A stretch of DNA of 64,000 nucleotides, from assembly GCA_964270895.1 (NCBI GenBank), contig OZ185437.1; one strand, 5' to 3'. Numbering within the stretch: the stretch's first letter is position 1; each line of letters opens with the position of its first letter. Positions 35,398 to 48,547 of this stretch are shown here, piece by piece. The position numbers and the translations under genes are program-made. A model generated the notes under the pieces. It ran no database searches and was not told the origin of the DNA. It saw nothing but the letters and a program-made list of their open reading frames with translations. This DNA comes from Podarcis filfolensis. Lineage: Eukaryota.

Positions 35398-35724
35398 CTA
35401 TGAAGAATGAACATGTTAGGCTTGAGAATACATAAAAACCAAAGTGTTTGGCAGAAGCGGTGATTCATTGAGATGATCTCTTAATCTGTTTAGGCAGCTC
35501 TGATACATTTTATCACAGGTATGCAATCTGACTTCTGATCCTATGCCTGATAAGACGTTTTTTATGGTATTTCCATAAGGCGTCAGTACAAAGTGCTAAT
35601 ATATGGTTGCACTGTTACATACATTATTAAACAGACCCTGTCCATTAATATGAACAGGGAGCTCACTTTAAAAATTAATTATGCTTAATTGATAGTTTTG
35701 AACAGAGGGGGAGACAGAAACTAC

Positions 35725-35960
35725 CTTGTGTTGATCGACTTGCTCTTTAACAGCCTCACTGTCAATAAGAGTTGCTTCCCATTTGGCTGCAGCAGTGTCC
35801 ATATTCTGTAACCATTCCATCATTGAATTTGATTCTCTTTGAATGTTTTGCATATTTGAAAGAGTGGATTCCAGTTCTGATCTTTTTTCCTTCAGTACAG
35901 CTCCCAAATCATCATAACTATGGCTTACAGTTGACATGTTGTGTTGGACAGTGGTCACTT
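35725..35960 (-). CDS. DST: DST exon (E-VTTVQHNMST...EQVDQHK), 236 nt, phase 1-0
   Basis: ctctcttgcag|AAGTGA acceptor, AAG|GTAGTT donor. Confidence 0.94.
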
Positions 35961-37074
35961 CTGCAAGAGAGGTGGACATACATTATTATTTTGATTCTAG
36001 TCATGACAGCAAGAAAAGATGCAAATATTATACATTAAAAGTTTTTAATCCTTCCATGAAATAATAACTAGAATAATTGGTTATAGTCATTTCTTTCCTA
36101 CAAAGTTGATATCCCAATATTAGTAGATTAAGAAAGAATGAACCAGTCACCAGGCTGATGACAGTGGATTTATTTATTTTTTTGTACAGAAATACTGTAT
36201 TGTATAAGGACTTCTGAAAGAAAATCCTGCATGAAGACAAGCATTATTTTGGTTTCTAATTTAAGGGTTTTGGAACACAGCTAGTTATCACCATCCTAAT
36301 TTCAACATCTGATTTCTTAGGAAAACCGAGGTATTCCAGAGCCTGTTAAAGTACGATGTGTGCATGTTAATTTTTATTAAAACACACCTTAAAAACCATG
36401 CCTGTTAATTTTAAATATATATTTCCGTTGTTTTCTGTTAACACATGCAAAAGATTCAAGAATGAGGCTCAGGATAATAACAGCTAGGCAGGCCAAACAC
36501 AATAATATAAGAGGTTAGTCTGTCTGGGGCCTTTCTGAATTCCACCCCTATTTGGATGGTTCCAATGTTCTAACTCAAGGCCAAAGTAGAGGCAAAATGG
36601 GAGATACATGGAGTGTCTTCTGATTATATTTTCCCCTTGAGGGCAGCTGAGGAACTCCAAATTGGACTGGAATAGTTAGTGGGAAAGGGGGAATCTGTCC
36701 TTTTTCAATGAACATCACCCCCCCCCCCGCTGCCCCAGTTGCTTCCCTCCTCCCTTTTAGCTGAAGTAAAGTTCAAATGAATGGTGTGAGAGACTCCACA
36801 TATCTCCAATGTCACATCTACTTTGGCTCTCCAGTATAAGCAGCTTCTTATATTCATATGTTATCTTGGGTCACTTGATAGTCAAGTCACTTCTTAAAAA
36901 CAGTGAACTCCACCTGCTAGAGATAACAACCTTGCTACTGTTGCTACTCATGATTACTTCTTAATGGATTAAAAAGCCAGGAAATAACTCCTTATCTTGT
37001 CTTGGCTCTCAATTAACCACAATCATTGGTTCACCCACTGAAACCAGACAGAAGTTGAATTAACCGGATGCATG

Positions 37075-37120
37075 CATAGACATAGACATAGACATAGACA
37101 TAGACATAGACATAGACATA
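37075..37120. repeat. (CATAGA)n hexanucleotide microsatellite
   Basis: Direct reading. Confidence 0.95.
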
Positions 37121-37260
37121 TATATGTCAAAGTGTAGAAGACCCCAGCTAAATAGGGGGTCTTGACTGTTACTTAGAAAATTCTATTAAAATGGGACAAA
37201 TTATAAACATCTTATGCTTGCTTATAAGATTTATGTATTAAGTGAGCCATTGTTAGTCAC

Positions 37261-37329
37261 CTTTGTTTGTTAGGAATCCCTGAGTACCTGTAGCTGCACC
37301 TTCACCATTTAATACTGTTCCACTTACAG
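37261..37329 (-). CDS. DST: DST small exon (A-VSGTVLNGEGAATGTQGFLTNK), 69 nt, phase 1-1
   Basis: ctctctctttcag|CTGTAA acceptor, AAG|GTGACT donor; matches recalled human GAVLNGEGTATNTEEFWANK; not in ORF track. Confidence 0.88.
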
Positions 37330-39764
37330 CTGAAAGAGAGAGATTAGAGATTTAGAGCAGGATTCAACTAATGAATTCAGTCAGCAGAAGCCCCGAGCAA
37401 GGACTTCCATTTGTACTATGGAGTCTCCCCCACACATGTTCCCCAACTGGCTCAGGGCAGGTCAAGAGAACCCCTGGAACAGTAAGCAGAAGAGAGGAGG
37501 GATCATTCCATCTGGCAAGCTTGCCCTGATGGAACAATCACCATAGTGCAATGTTGGATTCTTCTGTCATTGTTCAGACACTATGGAAGTATTTGATCCC
37601 TTTTCAAACCAATTTAAGGGCCAAACTAGATGTGGCATAGGCAGGTGAAAAGCTCTTCCATTGCATTTTAGAAGAACAGCCTCGGAGATGTGTGTGTGTG
37701 ACTGGAATCATGGTGCTAGGAAGTAATGGTTTAACCCTTTCCCCAGTGCCATTTCCCCCATGAAAATCACCCCCATCGAAGCTGCTATTTGCTCCATGTG
37801 AGGTAATGTTCAGATACCATCACCCATAGTCAATGCTAAATGTTTAGGTCCAGACAATACAATAAACTGTGGGGAAAGGGGAGCATGTGAGAACAAGGCT
37901 CACCTAGGCTCATTTATGTTATGGTAAATTATGGTTTAGTGTGACATGTGAATGCAGTCATAGCATGACTTGCCTAAAGCACCCAGTGAGTCAATGGATG
38001 AGCAGTGTGTTGAAGCCAATTCTTTCTTTTATTTTTATTTATAAAAATATTTGTATACTGCATATTTGTGTGTGAGTGAGAGAGGGAGATTTACAACAAT
38101 AAAAACGTAAAACCAAGGTCTAAGACTGTCATGTGTGTCACACTGGTCTTAGTGGTTTAAGAGTAGACTAGTTGTAAGTGGGATCTTCATAACAACAAAA
38201 TTTTTAGGATATTTTTACAAAATCAGTCCCAAATCAGCTCAACCGAAGTGCTGTCATAACTGTAAACATAAAGATACATGCTAATATCATCATGACATTA
38301 TAACTTTGGCAGAAATACTTGTGTACAAAGCCTTTTGTGAGAAGCTGCCCTAAGCATAAAATACCACTGCTGCAGACTAATTGTGAAAGGCACATGTATC
38401 CATTATTTGCAGCTTGGAATTTGGAGACCAATCACTCTCTGATTGCAGATTGCCCGTTCTAAACATTTTAAAGCAAAATATAATACATATTTGTGCCCAG
38501 CATAACTGAATTGGTATAAACAGAACTTGTTCTGAGCTGTTATCAGTAGCCATGTCTAAAATCTTGAATGAAACGTGCCTTAAGTCAGCAGTTCACAATA
38601 TTTCATGTAGTTGCAGTTCTGTGATTCCATTCATTGTGGAACAAGGACCCCAAAACATTTGTGGTACACTGATTTAGAACAGACAAAATGCGGAATGAGA
38701 GGGTTTCCAAAGTTAAATTTTGGTGTAAAACTTTGTTTTCTGTTTACAGATTTTCCACACTGTGAAATTAACTTCAGAAACCCGGCCCCCCTTTTAGCTG
38801 TTCCACAGGCTATTTCATGAGTACCCATTATTTATGAAGGGAATAAGAGCGCTAAGTAGAATCTACTGTATGTCTATGTAAGTAGAGAGCCTGAAGATGA
38901 TTATTTAATGGAGTAGAATTAATGGTTGCCTTGGAGAAGGCCAAGCATTCACCCCTCACCACCAGCTGGAAAGTGAGTGCTAGCCTAATGGCAGCTGGGA
39001 AATGGTGAGAGCAAGTAAGTCAGCCAAGTAAGTGAGATGGTCACATACTAAGATATCGAGACTTTTCTATATTTCCCATGAGGGAAACATTTATCATTGG
39101 CACAAAACCCAGGGTACTTGCACTCACTCATAAAGAACTTAATAAAGAAATGATTAACACATTTAGTAAGCAAGTTCTTAACATTATTTCAAGTACACAA
39201 AGTTCTGTTGGTACAAATACTAAAAATTACTGACTGCAGCTTAACAACTTGGGACCAATATACTTAAAGAATTGCCCTACCCCAAATGTGCCTATTTGCT
39301 TCCTTCACATTTACAAGTGCCACACAATGTTCATTCGACATTTAAGAGAAATCATTCCTTTAGCATAGCAGCACCTGTCTTCTGAAACTCCCTGTCTGTT
39401 GGCATTAAGCAGGTTCCTTCACAATACTGTTTTATATACCTACTGAAAACTTTTCTGTTGTAGCAAGGCTCTCCAGACACATGATTTGATTTTTGATTTT
39501 TCTGAACAAGCAGCATATAAATTTTCTAAATTAGAGCAGTACTTTCTCTGAAGTTACTTGCCCTTTACTGCTGGATTCATTAGTCCATACTAAAAAATGG
39601 AAATTGCTCTAATTTAGGAGGATAAGCTACACTTCTTTTTGAAAAAGAGGATCTGATCTCCAAAGTGCACACAAACCGAGGTTTTCAGTCTACACTGTTC
39701 CAATAACCCATACAGCTAGCAGGAAGTGGCACAACCTGCATGGGTCATATGGTACTCATGCTAC

Positions 39765-39932
39765 CTGCGTTTTCACAGCACACTGCCTGAACTCTGAACT
39801 GTGCATTGAGACCTGAGTCAGGAGCATGGAAAGCTAGCATCTGGGAACACTCTAAAATGGGACTGGAGGCAGAATTTTCATCATAAGATGAAGAGGTTTG
39901 AAAATTCTCAGCCAGAGGAGCAAGTACAGTGG
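39765..39932 (-). CDS. Candidate unannotated cassette exon (A-TVLAPLAENFQTSSSYDENSASSPILECSQMLAFHAPDSGLNAQFRVQAVCCENA), 168 nt, phase 1-1
   Basis: Open, symmetric and in frame within a phase-1 intron; ctgcag acceptor, CAG|GTAGCA donor (weak); competing upstream AGs. Confidence 0.3.
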
Positions 39933-40154
39933 CTGCAGACCTCAGAACACACTGAGGTGGTAGTAGAAGGTACAGCGTACAAAACAATTCATGCTCCTCC
40001 CCATAGAAGGGGGAGAAGTGTGGTGGTAGCAGGTGACTTTCTACAGAGGACAGAGGCAGTAGTGTGCCGAAAAATGACTCATGGTTTCAGTTGTCTCTAT
40101 ACAAATGCACAGAGTACGGGAAACAAGCAAGAAAAACTTGAGCTCTGAATACAG

Positions 40155-41185
40155 GATGGCAAATATTATCTAATAGGCATTACCGGAACCTGGTGGAATG
40201 AGACTGCAATGAAGGAATTGAGGGGTATGACTCATTCAAAATGAATAGATCAAACAGGAAGGGGGGAGAAATAGCATTACATGTAAAAGATGTGTACACT
40301 TGTGAAGAGATCCATGAGACTATATGGGTAAAAATGGTAGGAGAAGGAACAACAGTGACCTTGGACTGAAGACTTGAATGAAGCCTTCCTAGAGCAGATT
40401 ATCAACCATTCAAAAAGGAAAGATATAGTAGTCATGGGAGACTTCAACTACCCCAATATCTGTTGGAACTCAAACTCTGCCAAGAATTTAACATCCAGCA
40501 AATCCCACAATTGGCTCTCTGATGATTTCATTTCCCAAAAGGTAGAAGAAGCAACAAGAGGGTCATCTATATTGGACCCGGTCCTCACCAACAGGGAGGA
40601 ACTGATCAAGAAGGTGGAAATACTCAGAAACTTGAGAGGAAGTGATCATGCCCTCCTGGTTTCATGATACAGAGGAGAAGGGAAAGCTGAGTGTAGTCAA
40701 GAGATGCACTCTGGACTTTAAGAAGCTCAATTTCTAAAAGTTTAAGGAACTACTGGGAGAAATCCCATGGTCAGAAATACTCAAAAGCTAAGTGAGCCCC
40801 AGATAGATGGGAGTTTATTATAGGTGAAATATTAAAGGCCCAAATGCCAATAATTCCAACAAGAAAGAAAAGCAGGAGGTAGCTAAAGAAACTGGTGTGG
40901 CTGCATAAGGAGCTGATGGATTAGCTGAGATGTAAGAAGGGAATGTATTATAAATGGAAGAGAGGAGAAATCACAAAGGAAGGGTAGATACAAGTATCCA
41001 ACAGTTGCAAGGAGAAGGTCAGGCAGGCCAAAGCTCAGAATGAAGTCAGGTTTGCAAGAGAGGTTAAAAATAACTTTAAAAGCTTATTCAGCTATGTTCG
41101 AAGCAAGAAGAAAGAACAATCAAGTAATAGGGCCCTTGTGTGAAGAAGACAGAAAAATGCTATTGAGTGACAGAGAGAAGTATTT
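40155..41185 (+). mobile_element. CR1 LINE ORF2 fragment (AP-endonuclease region), frameshifted
   Basis: IVVMGDFNYPNICWNS, VEEATRGSSILD.VLTN, GSDH motifs in ORF 40374..40667. Confidence 0.88.
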
Positions 41186-41198
41186 TTCTAAACTGAAA

Positions 41199-41252
41199 TA
41201 GCTCAGTCAGTACAGCATGAAACTCTGAATCTCAGGGTCATGGGTTCAAGCT
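41199..41252 (+). pseudogene. Degenerate tRNA-Lys-derived sequence (pseudogene or SINE head)
   Basis: tagctcagtcagtacagcatgaaactctgaatctcagggtcatgggttcaagc resembles tRNA-Lys(CTT); no intact acceptor stem. Confidence 0.7.
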
Positions 41253-41371
41253 GTGTACCAATGGTTCAGGCTTTTCTTTAATGTACCTTAAAATTCATGT
41301 CTATCAAGCAATCTGGCATAAAGTTTCCCCAACTACACAGGATTGATCTAGGGAGCTAATAAAGACATCAT

Positions 41372-41376
<5 letters not shown>

Positions 41377-41403
<27 letters not shown>
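41377..41403. repeat. (TG)n microsatellite
   Basis: Direct reading. Confidence 0.95.
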
Positions 41404-41472
41404 ATTCTGTGTTAGCTATTTAGTTTCATTCACATGTACTTTTAAATATGTAGAAATGTCCATTGAACATAC

Positions 41473-41596
41473 CTGATTTTACTCCCCTTGACCTTGCAGG
41501 GGAGGTCACAGCACTAATTAGGTTGCATAATGCTGTTCCTCTGCTAATCATTTTCTGAATGTCAGGTGCCTTCGAACTCCATTCCTCCTCCAAATG
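41473..41596 (-). CDS. DST: DST exon (HLEEEWSSKA...SRGVKS), 124 nt, phase 0-1
   Basis: tttcttag|CATTTG acceptor, CAG|GTATGT donor; not in ORF track. Confidence 0.94.
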
Positions 41597-42351
41597 CTAA
41601 GAAATGAACAAGATGTTATTTTCAATACTGACTATATTTGTAAGCGTGACAAAAAGCATTCAACTCTAGATGGGCTGGACATGGCAAAAAATTATCTCAT
41701 CATGTCACATATCCCACTGTGCCCTGCCATTTCTCATTTATGACCCAAAAACTGGAGTGAACATTTTTTAAAAAGTGAGATAGCAGAAATCTCAAACAAA
41801 AATAGGGCTGGGAAGCTGTACTGGTACCAAAATACTGCAAGTACTTTACTCATATTTAAACCATGCCCAGTTTCTTATTATAAAAATGAATCATATACAG
41901 CAATAGTTTGTGATGAAACATAGCTAAAAAATGGGACAAAAGGTGTCTGTCTCAGTCTAGCAATTAGTTGCAAGCCAAGTTCTCCGCACTTGCAAGAATT
42001 TCCCTATTCACTAATGCGTGCAGCTGCACACGTACATCCTTTTGCACACACAGAGGTGTCTTTTGCTTTGACGTGTGTTGGTAAGTTCTTGCAAGTGCAT
42101 CGTCTGCAGTAGTCAACTAAGTCTTACTAGGCGTACACCTATTGAAATGACGGACCTAACTTAGTCATTAATTTTCATGGATCTACACTGAGTAAAACCC
42201 AGTTGAATACCAACAAAATATATCATTCAAAAGATCTACAGCGTTCCTACTTAATTCTTTGAGACCAAAAGGACACAATCAATTGACAAATCAACTGACA
42301 TACAAACCCAATTAATGAAATTATTGTCAGAAGTGATATGAAGTCTCTCAC

Positions 42352-42508
42352 CTTGGTGTTCTGCAAATGTTTGTTTAAATTCTCCACATTCAAAGAGGGC
42401 TGGATAGCTGGAATTCTTTCCGTCATCTCATCTACCCATTTCTTCAAAGATTCTACATGAAAATTGAACTCATCCATCTGCTTTTGGCAAGAGGACACAT
42501 CCTCTTCT
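42352..42508 (-). CDS. DST: DST exon (K-EEDVSSCQKQ...HLQNTK), 157 nt, phase 2-0
   Basis: tgtgcag|AGAAGA acceptor, AAG|GTGAGA donor. Confidence 0.94.
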
Positions 42509-43663
42509 CTGCACAATTGAAAACAAGGAAGGGATATGGGAGAGATAGTCTCCTTGTTCTCGGGATAATGTAGGCAAATCCTTCTTCTAGATAAAACTAT
42601 AATATGGGCTATATTAACAACCAGTATGTATAGCTGGGACTGAAAGCACTCCTTTCAGACTACAGCCCCTCATGCCACATGTCACATTTCAAACGCTGCT
42701 CCAAAGTGAGAGTCTTGATGGACTAATAGGGGCTTGTCACAATGTACATGCAAACCACCACACCCGGCCCTTTAGATCTCAGCCCAACTAGTGGCATTTC
42801 CTTATATATTATTACTGTATTTTTACTGTTGTCTGGTTGGTGCACACAAGTTCCTGGAGATGAAATCCCAGCCACTTCACTCCTCCCTGTGCCATGCTGA
42901 GCTAAGCCACATATTTGCTTATCATATCATCTAGAATTGGACTCATGATTTAGTTTTCTCCAGACAAACCATGAGCTGTAACAATAAGCCCAGGTCTGGA
43001 AAACATGCCGCACCAAACTATGGCTCAGCTCAGCATGGTGCAAGCAACAAAAGAACTAGAAATGAGTATGGTGGTTGGGTTCTCTTCTCTAGGAATCCAC
43101 ACACTTGTGCATCTATGCAAAGCTATGGTTTGGCTTAGCATGACGAGTGTTTCTTAATTCTGCAATATTGTTACAAGCCAGTAACTTCTCCTTCACTTTA
43201 TGAAACTGCAAAACACACCACAGCCATCTTATAGGTCTGTGCGTCACATTATTTGGAACTCTCATTTTTATAGTTGCAGCATTTAATATGTGTAATTGGT
43301 AACCCTTTAGTTGGTTGGTTGACTGACTGATGAATTGGCAAGATTACAAGTTCAAGGCATGCATTTCTTTGCTGAGCCTATTTTGATTCTGCTGTGCACT
43401 ATGGGGGGGGATATTAAAGATTAACTTCTAGTATTGAGTGGAATATTTTATTTATCAAATTCTAAGTTACCTCAAAAAGGCACCTATAATTAAGTGTTTG
43501 AAATATGTACATGGAAATTATTGTAATTAAGTAAAAATAAATCAGTCACAAGACAGATAATCAGCAGAAATTATTTACTCATTGACAACCCTGATTATTT
43601 TCATCACCACCACCACCACCTCCACCAGCACACACTATTCTAAAATCTGATTATTATACTCAC

Positions 43664-43830
43664 TTTTCTCGTATAGTCTCTTCCATTTCCTTGAATTTCT
43701 TTGACAAGGCATTTACTTTTTCTAACACTAATGACCTGTCTCCAGGAAGAGCATGAGGAGAGAGTTCTTCAATGAGGTGTTGCAAATTTTCAAGATCTTT
43801 TTTCTGCTCCATCAGTTCAGTGTTGGTTTC
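43664..43830 (-). CDS. DST: DST exon (ETNTELMEQK...EETIRE-K), 167 nt, phase 0-2
   Basis: ttttaaag|GAAACC acceptor (AAG type), AAA|GTGAGT donor. Confidence 0.94.
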
Positions 43831-44006
43831 CTTTAAAATGGACAAGAAAGTAATTGCTTCACACCTGAACACACTGCACGGTGTTCAAAATTTATTCCTT
43901 GGACTCAGCAGGTTCTCTTATAATTGTGGGTGGCATAGTTATGCCAGCCATTGTACTGCTCAGTAAGGGGCAATGTAGGGCTCACAAAAGTAAAAATCTA
44001 CAGTAC

Positions 44007-44324
44007 CTGCACATATAAGGACATCTCAGTAACGTCTTTTCCTGGGATGTCAGCCTCGCCGAGAGCCTGAGTTTTCTTGTCCAAGAATGACTGGAGTTTA
44101 TCAGTGAGGCACTCAAACAGCTCCACTTTGGTCTTCAATCCCTCCAACATTTCAAGTTTTTTCCTGTGTTTATTATTTGCTTCACAAAACCGCTGAGAAA
44201 GTTCGTTCATTTTAGCTTGTAAAGAGGATGCAGTGGATGGGTCTGTTGTTTCCATGAATTTGTTCAACTTTTCTTTCATGGCATTTAGGCTACTTTGCCG
44301 ACCCACAATGTCTTGTTCTAGAGC
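44007..44324 (-). CDS. DST: DST exon ([10 protein letters not shown]...EMSLYVQ), 318 nt, phase 0-0
   Basis: tcccag|GCTCTA acceptor, CAG|GTACTG donor. Confidence 0.95.
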
Positions 44325-45275
44325 CTGGGATAAATAGATAAGTCTGAGAAGACAGCCATACTCATGGGTGCATCTCTATGTGAATGAAGTGATTGCAAGC
44401 TGATGTAAATAACTGCACTTCCTGTAGTCAGTTTCTAAAGCAATGGAATCCACAAACAAGAAGTGGCAATGAGGAAGAACCCCAAAGATAAAGATGCGGA
44501 AGAAATTTGAATTGCATTTAAAGGTGAGCATGAAAGAATATGTGAAGCAAAAGCACAGCTATCCTTTGCACGTCTCCAAATTTACCAATGCAGTTCTCAA
44601 ACTAAAAAAAATCTATACACAACTGTGTATATTAGCATGAAATATTTATAAAAATTCAATGAATGTAGCACACAAAACTGCATAACAGGCAAAAATTGTT
44701 GCAAAAATGTGTATATCAGGCAAAATTGCACACATCTATGTGTACATTTAGGAGAAAGGCACACAAAAATGCTAATGAATTGTTGTGATGACTTCTTTAA
44801 AAAAAATTTGAACTGATGCAGCAATATGGCAAACAGAACTTAAGATTGGAAAAAGAAGAAACTAAAAGAGACAGATTTGTTTATTGCTACTCTTAGAAAA
44901 GGTAGTCATTACTCAATAGCTGCAGAAGTGACGACCAATGGTTTTGTGCAGCCCCCTGTGCCAACCCTGGTAGTATATTTGGATTTGTAGCAGTCTGCAC
45001 AGAGACTGGGACAGCTGACATGCACTTTCAGGTTGTCTGGCACACTAACATACAATATTAGCATGCATCTCACCCACAAATGCACTATGCGCACTAGAGA
45101 AAGTCACCGTCTAGATGCACTCTAATGAAACACTGTTTTAAGACTGAATTTTCTTCAGATACCTGAATGTATTAATGAAAACTTATTTTCAGTATCTTGA
45201 TTTCCCCCGCCCCCACTTTGAGCTTTAAGTTCCTGGCATTAGTAGGAAAATTTGCTCTGCTAAAAACTAACTCAC

Positions 45276-45484
45276 CATACTTTTACTAATGACATCCTGA
45301 ATTACAGAAGAATTCAAAGGCACTTGACCTTGCTCCTCAAGACTCTTCTCAACACCACTCATCCAATCAAGCATTTCATCCAATCCATCCTGGACGCTTA
45401 ATGAACGTGTCAGAGTGATCTGAAGTTTCTCATTCCGGTCATTCACTGCTTTGGATAAGTGATTATACTTATCCACAATAGTAT
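45276..45484 (-). CDS. DST: DST exon ([11 protein letters not shown]...DVISKSM), 209 nt, phase 1-0
   Basis: ttctttcag|ATACTA acceptor, ATG|GTGAGT donor. Confidence 0.95.
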
Positions 45485-45585
45485 CTGAAAGAAACAAGTA
45501 GATAAAGGATAGTTTATAAGTTCATAACCATTTTAGAATACAAGCAACTGCCTTTGGCAGAGTTATGCTAATAGTCCAGCTAAAT

Positions 45586-45716
45586 AAGGGATGGGGAACC
45601 CATAGCCACCCAGATGTGGTTGGACAACAATTCCTATCACCCTGGTACCATTGGCCATGGGGGGCTGAAATTGGAATCGAACAACATCTGGAGGGCCATA
45701 GGTTCACTACCCCAGG
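45586..45716. mobile_element. Palindromic hAT-type MITE
   Basis: gggatggggaacccatagccacccagatgt ... acatctggagggccataggttcactaccc. Confidence 0.7.
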
Positions 45717-48041
45717 GCTATCACAACATAATTTACTGCAATTGGAAACAGCACTTTGGGGTCTCATGCACAAGTGTTTGCCAATCCTGCTCCCTAACCC
45801 CCTATGACTGGAATCGATGGAATTGAACCTCAAATTTTGTAATACATGAAAGATAGCTCCTGTACCTTAAACAAGTTATTGGGGAAGAAGAGAAGTTAAT
45901 CCGTAAAGTGTAGCTTGCCTTGGCACACTGCGGCAGGAGTTTGAAAAGCTGCACCTGACAATATTCTCTTATCTACACAAGTGTCAATTTTACAAGAACC
46001 TTAACGCTGAAAGGTTAGCCAAAAATACCAGCAAAGCAATACTTTGCATGTAAAACACACATTCAAAGTATTGCTAGGTCGCTGTTTTCGGCCAAGCTTA
46101 TTTCAACCATGAACAAGATAGAGAGTTGAAAACATAATCCCTTTGAAAACAGGCAGGAGAAATTTCCCCTAAGTTTTGGAGCAGGATAGGCAACTAGACA
46201 AAGTAGTGGGAGTGTCCCCCCCCCCTTTTCAACTTTATTTTTAAAAATCCCTGTAGCTGCCTGTATCCCACATATTCTGGAACACTCATGGGAAATAACA
46301 CACTCTCTCTCCTCTTAAGGAACAGTCCCCACTCCCAAAAAAATTCTTCTAACTCACTTTCCCAATCCACACCTAAAGATTTGCCTAAGGAGTATTCTTC
46401 AGAATTTAGTATTTGCAAACAGCTAGCCAATATGACCAATAACTAGCTGTGACAAGGAGCATACCACACGATATAGGAAAGAGGCCAGTTAACACAAGCC
46501 GCACACAGTAGCGAACAATGCTTGGCTCTCAGAGTAGCCCCAGAAGGATGCAGAATTTTCTACTTGAGGTTCTCTCAAGTGAAACTGTACCTTAGAAACT
46601 GAACCTTAAAAATTCACAGCATAGGGGACCCATAGATAAAAGTTATTTTTTTCTGAGAGCCTACTATGGATTCTTCATCAGTACGCTGACTGGAGTCAGA
46701 CATATTCGACTCTGAGAACAACAAAGTGTTGGGAACACGTGATTCCCTTTTACAAGGGAGCTGGGAACATGTGATTCCTTCTATGCCTGAAGTGCATGCC
46801 CACAGAAGACGGCCTTGTGGATAAAACAGTTGGATAGAACAGTTAATCGATTCAGGTGGCTTGACACAGGTTTTAAAAAGGCAAATTGCAAAATATCTAA
46901 AAGAAAGAGGTTATATAAAAAGCAAATGTCCCCAAAGACTGCTGAGGCCCGAAGTCAAAGGGCAATATTCTACAAAAGAAGGATTTCATCTGTTCTTCCT
47001 GCTGATTGATTTTAGCAACTGATATCACTGTCTCATAAAGGGGACAATTCTATCAGTTGCTCAGAACTACCCTACATCTCCAAGCCAGGTAAATACAACC
47101 TGGATTTTATTCTTTACAGCAGGAATGGGGAACCCTTTTCAGCCTGTGGGTAGCATTATTTTCTGGGCAAGTTTCCAGGGACAACATGCCAGTGGTGCGC
47201 TGTAACAGAGGCAAAAGCAAGCAGAGTAATGAATGTAAATTTTGTCTTTGTACAATAGGCTAGTCTCTACACACACTCCCATACTCTTTTCTATCCTCAA
47301 GAAGGGTGCAAAGCGAAGAACGGGTGTAGCTGGTGAGGGGATCTGAAATGGGGGGGGGTTCCCCAGAAATTCTGTAGTGTCGGGTTTCCCGCTTTTTTTT
47401 TACACATTCTTTATTCATCAAATATCAAACACAAATAGCTAGAAAAGCAGCTAGAAAAATATCAGACGGAGCACTGAAAAACAAACCACCAAAAATTTAG
47501 CAGGTTAAGCAGTGCCAGGCATGAGTATGAAAAGAGGTATTGCAATATTTTAATACATTAACTTGTAACAGCAGGATGTTAAACAGATGGACTTCGCATA
47601 CTTGACGGTTGGAACCAGGGAATTAAAGGCTTAAGTCTGCATAGCCAGCTTTCTTTTGCAGGCCTTTATACATATTCCAGTAATCTCATATGGCTGCTAG
47701 GGCAGAACAGTTATAATTTTAAAAGAAACCTCAATCAGCTCAGATATCCTCTTCTCCAGACTCTTAGGATGTGTGTCTTTTTAACTCACTGAAACCACAA
47801 GATCACCCCTGAATCCAAAGTTTAGTTTAACCCGTCATTACCTCTGCACTTCTTGGTAACAGTTTCTCTGTTTCAGCATATTTGATTATTATTACAAGTA
47901 GAAATATCACTGAACTGTGTGTCATTTCCCCTAATTCTTTTCCGGCTTGAAACAGGAAAACAAATTCTGAACATGGACAGTTAATGCCTATGCTGGCCTT
48001 TGAATAATAGATAGTTGATGGCCTCTGATCTTAACTTTTTA

Positions 48042-48042
<1 letters not shown>

Positions 48043-48073
<31 letters not shown>
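48043..48073. repeat. (TG)n microsatellite
   Basis: Direct reading. Confidence 0.95.
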
Positions 48074-48077
<4 letters not shown>

Positions 48078-48415
48078 AGAGAGTAAACTAATTTGATTTT
48101 TTTAAAAATGGTATAGTGGTAAATAAATATTTGTATAAAGAAATATAGATGTGATGAACTAGAAAGCGATACTACTCTTCTTAACTATAAATGTTTACAT
48201 ATGATTAGCGCTACGGTAGTTAGGTTGAAACTTCTTTCCACAATAACTTTGGGGCTTCCATGTGCACAAGGTGACTTTTTGCCTTGGAGCAGCAGGACAC
48301 GCTACCACCGACACCAACACTATGACTTGTCACTAATGGGTTTGGAAAGTTCTGCAAGTTTCAAAAGCCATTTGTCGTGTGGTCTGAGTTCTGATAAACC
48401 CAAGTGCTTCATAAA

Positions 48416-48543
48416 CAGAGATGGGGAACCCGTGGTCCTCCAAATGTTGCTGTAACACAATGCCCATCATCCCTGACCACTGGGTGGGACTGATGGGAGC
48501 TGGAATTTGACAGCACCTGGAGGGCCCAGCTACCCCAATGCTG
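48416..48543. mobile_element. Palindromic hAT-type MITE
   Basis: cagagatggggaacccgtggtcctccaaatg ... cacctggagggcccagctaccccaatgctg. Confidence 0.65.
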
Positions 48544-48547
48544 CCCT

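Noticed and set aside
38970-39045. Cluster of plus-strand donor-like motifs (GTGAGT, GTGAGA, GTAAGT twice)
   Set aside because: Antisense to DST with no accompanying exon or promoter evidence; probably chance or repeat-derived
41199-41252. Functional tRNA-Lys gene
   Set aside because: Acceptor stem absent, anticodon arm and B box mutated
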